From assembly GCF_001194135.2 (NCBI RefSeq), contig NC_068984.1, positions 122,650,921-122,714,920 on the forward strand: 64,000 nt of DNA, given 5' to 3'. How positions within the stretch are numbered: the first letter of the stretch is position 1; the number at the start of each line of letters is the position of its first letter. Made by a program: the position numbers and the translations under genes. Shown here in pieces: positions 62,358-64,000 of this stretch. Under the pieces are notes generated by a model that saw only the letters and a program-made list of their open reading frames with translations, did not search any database and had not been told where the DNA came from. Source of the stretch: Octopus bimaculoides. Lineage: Eukaryota.

Positions 62358-62651
62358 CACTGGTTCTCAACCAGAGTTCATATAACCCCTGGGGTGGGAG
62401 AGTCCATATAAGATTTTGATGGGGGTCCATGCAAGCAAAATAGTATCCACAGTAGTATGTTAATTTTGCTTTAGATGTATTTATTGCAAGAAACAGCTTG
62501 GGTTTCTTTCTCTAATGTTTTATACATAGTTCAACCTATTTTGAAAAGCAAAATATTGGTCAAATTTGTAAGAAATATCTATAAAACTAGTTTTTAAACT
62601 GCGAGTGGCAATGGGGGTCTACAGATAAAAAAAAAGTAGTTGAGAAAACTG
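62358..62651. mobile_element. hAT-Charlie-like MITE
   Basis: TIRs cactggttctcaac / gttgagaaaactg; 8-bp flanks ggttagac / ggtttgag. Confidence 0.65.
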
Positions 62652-62954
62652 GGTTTGAGTAAACTGATGATTCATTTTGTTCATGTATTTTGTGTGCTTT
62701 CCAGATCAGAGATATCCATCAGTGGGGAATAATCATTCCTATTGACTTTGAGAGGTTAAAAATTGCAACATTTCATGTTTTTGGCTCAAGTATGTATGTG
62801 ACAGTAGTACAGTCAAGTACTGAACCAACATTGAGACTAACCTTGTACTATACAACAGTAACCACAATATATCGGTCTGGTTGTTTAGCTCTAGGTCAGA
62901 CTTTTCAACCACAGCCATCTGCATTTTGTACACTCAGGATTACATTGTTTAGAG

Positions 62955-63208
62955 CAGTGTTTCTCAACCATTTTTTGTCTGTAGGCCCCTTTGATTCTTA
63001 TTTTACTCAGGTGGACCATCATAGCCATTCAATGTTTTAAAAGATCTTGTAGTTTTATAATGAAGTGTTATTAACAAATGTATGAAAGAAATTGTTAAAA
63101 TATTTTGTGTATTGTTACAAGTATAAGCGATTTATTGTGGATAAATTCTAACTACAAAATTTTATATGGACCCCCAAGGATCATACAAACCCTGGTTGAA
63201 AACCATTG
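62955..63208. mobile_element. hAT-Charlie-like MITE
   Basis: TIRs cagtgtttctcaac / gttgaaaaccattg; TSD gtttagag / gtctagag. Confidence 0.75.
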
Positions 63209-63216
63209 GTCTAGAG

Positions 63217-63976
63217 CAGTGGTTCTCAACTGGGGTCCATAAAAGATTTTTGCGGGGTCCACGCAACAACTAGGTTTGTTTCTCTAACATTTTAGATATA
63301 CCAGTGCCACCTGACTGGCTCCCATGCCAGTGGCACATAAAAAGCACCATTTGAGCGTGGTTAATGCCAATGCTGTCTGACTGGCTCCCATGACAGTGGC
63401 ACGTAAAAACCACCCACTACACTCTGAGTGGTTGGCATTAGGAAGGGCATCCAGCTGTAGAAACCTTGCCAGATCAGATTAGAGCCTGGTGCAGCCTCCT
63501 GGCTTGCGAGTCCTCAGTCAAATCATCCAACCCATGCCAGCATGGAAAGCAGACATTAAACGATGATGATGATGATGAAGTTAATGTGTGAAAAACTGTT
63601 GTGACAAGAGTCACTGATACCCCTGTGGAATTGGAAGAATGGACTAGCCGGATTCATATAAAAATTAGTGTATTGGCTGAGACAGGGGAAGGTTGTAGGA
63701 GTCATTGAGATTGTTGAGAGCTTGTATTTATTGGAGTATTGTGTTTAGTGGAGTAATTTGAAGTACGTCATGTGAAGATAGTTGTGTCTATCCCCACTTT
63801 GTGAAATCTGTATATCCAACATAAAGAAGAGTATAAAAAAAACAAAATAGGAATTTTGAAAAAATTTCTATAAAACTAGTTATTAAACATTGAATGGCTA
63901 TGGGGTGGGGGGTCCATCAGAATAAAATAGTAATCGAAGGGGTCCACAGTAAAAAAAAAATGGTTGAGAGCCCCTG
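63217..63976. mobile_element. hAT-Charlie-like MITE interrupted by an RTE 3' fragment (63300-63578)
   Basis: TIRs cagtggttctcaac / gttgagagcccctg; TSD gtctagag / gtctcgag. Confidence 0.7.
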
Positions 63977-64000
63977 GTCTCGAGTATCTCTTGTCATTTT

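Noticed and set aside
115-63040. ORFs in the supplied six-frame track
   Set aside because: Nearly all are translations of (CA)n, (TA)n or (GA)n tracts, N-gaps or SINE bodies, or start at non-ATG codons; none shows a recognisable domain.

Overview
Eukaryotic, AT-rich, repeat-dense draft-assembly DNA with 10 N-gaps. From memory, its tRNA-SINE, RTE-tail and MITE families match those of an octopus (coleoid cephalopod) genome. The species is not verifiable here. There is no long ORF, and nearly every entry in the supplied ORF track is a microsatellite or gap artefact. The window looks mostly intronic or promoter-proximal. It holds a few short candidate exons: several on + (about 7.2, 8.1, 39.3, 40.4, 43.5, 50.6 and 52.0 kb) and a plausible first coding exon on - (26.5 kb). 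None can be assigned to a named gene. The rest is SINEs, RTE and CR1/Jockey LINE relics, Penelope-type terminal repeats, Tigger, hAT, piggyBac and mariner derivatives, two LTR-like segments and microsatellites. The most notable observations are: (1) Penelope-type minimal hammerhead ribozymes, one inside a foldback that competes for its stem I, plus a repeat family with a U3-A8 core swap; (2) several near-perfect RNA hairpins; (3) MITEs stacked on shared target sites; (4) alternating CpG-rich and CpG-poor blocks that track the candidate first exons.
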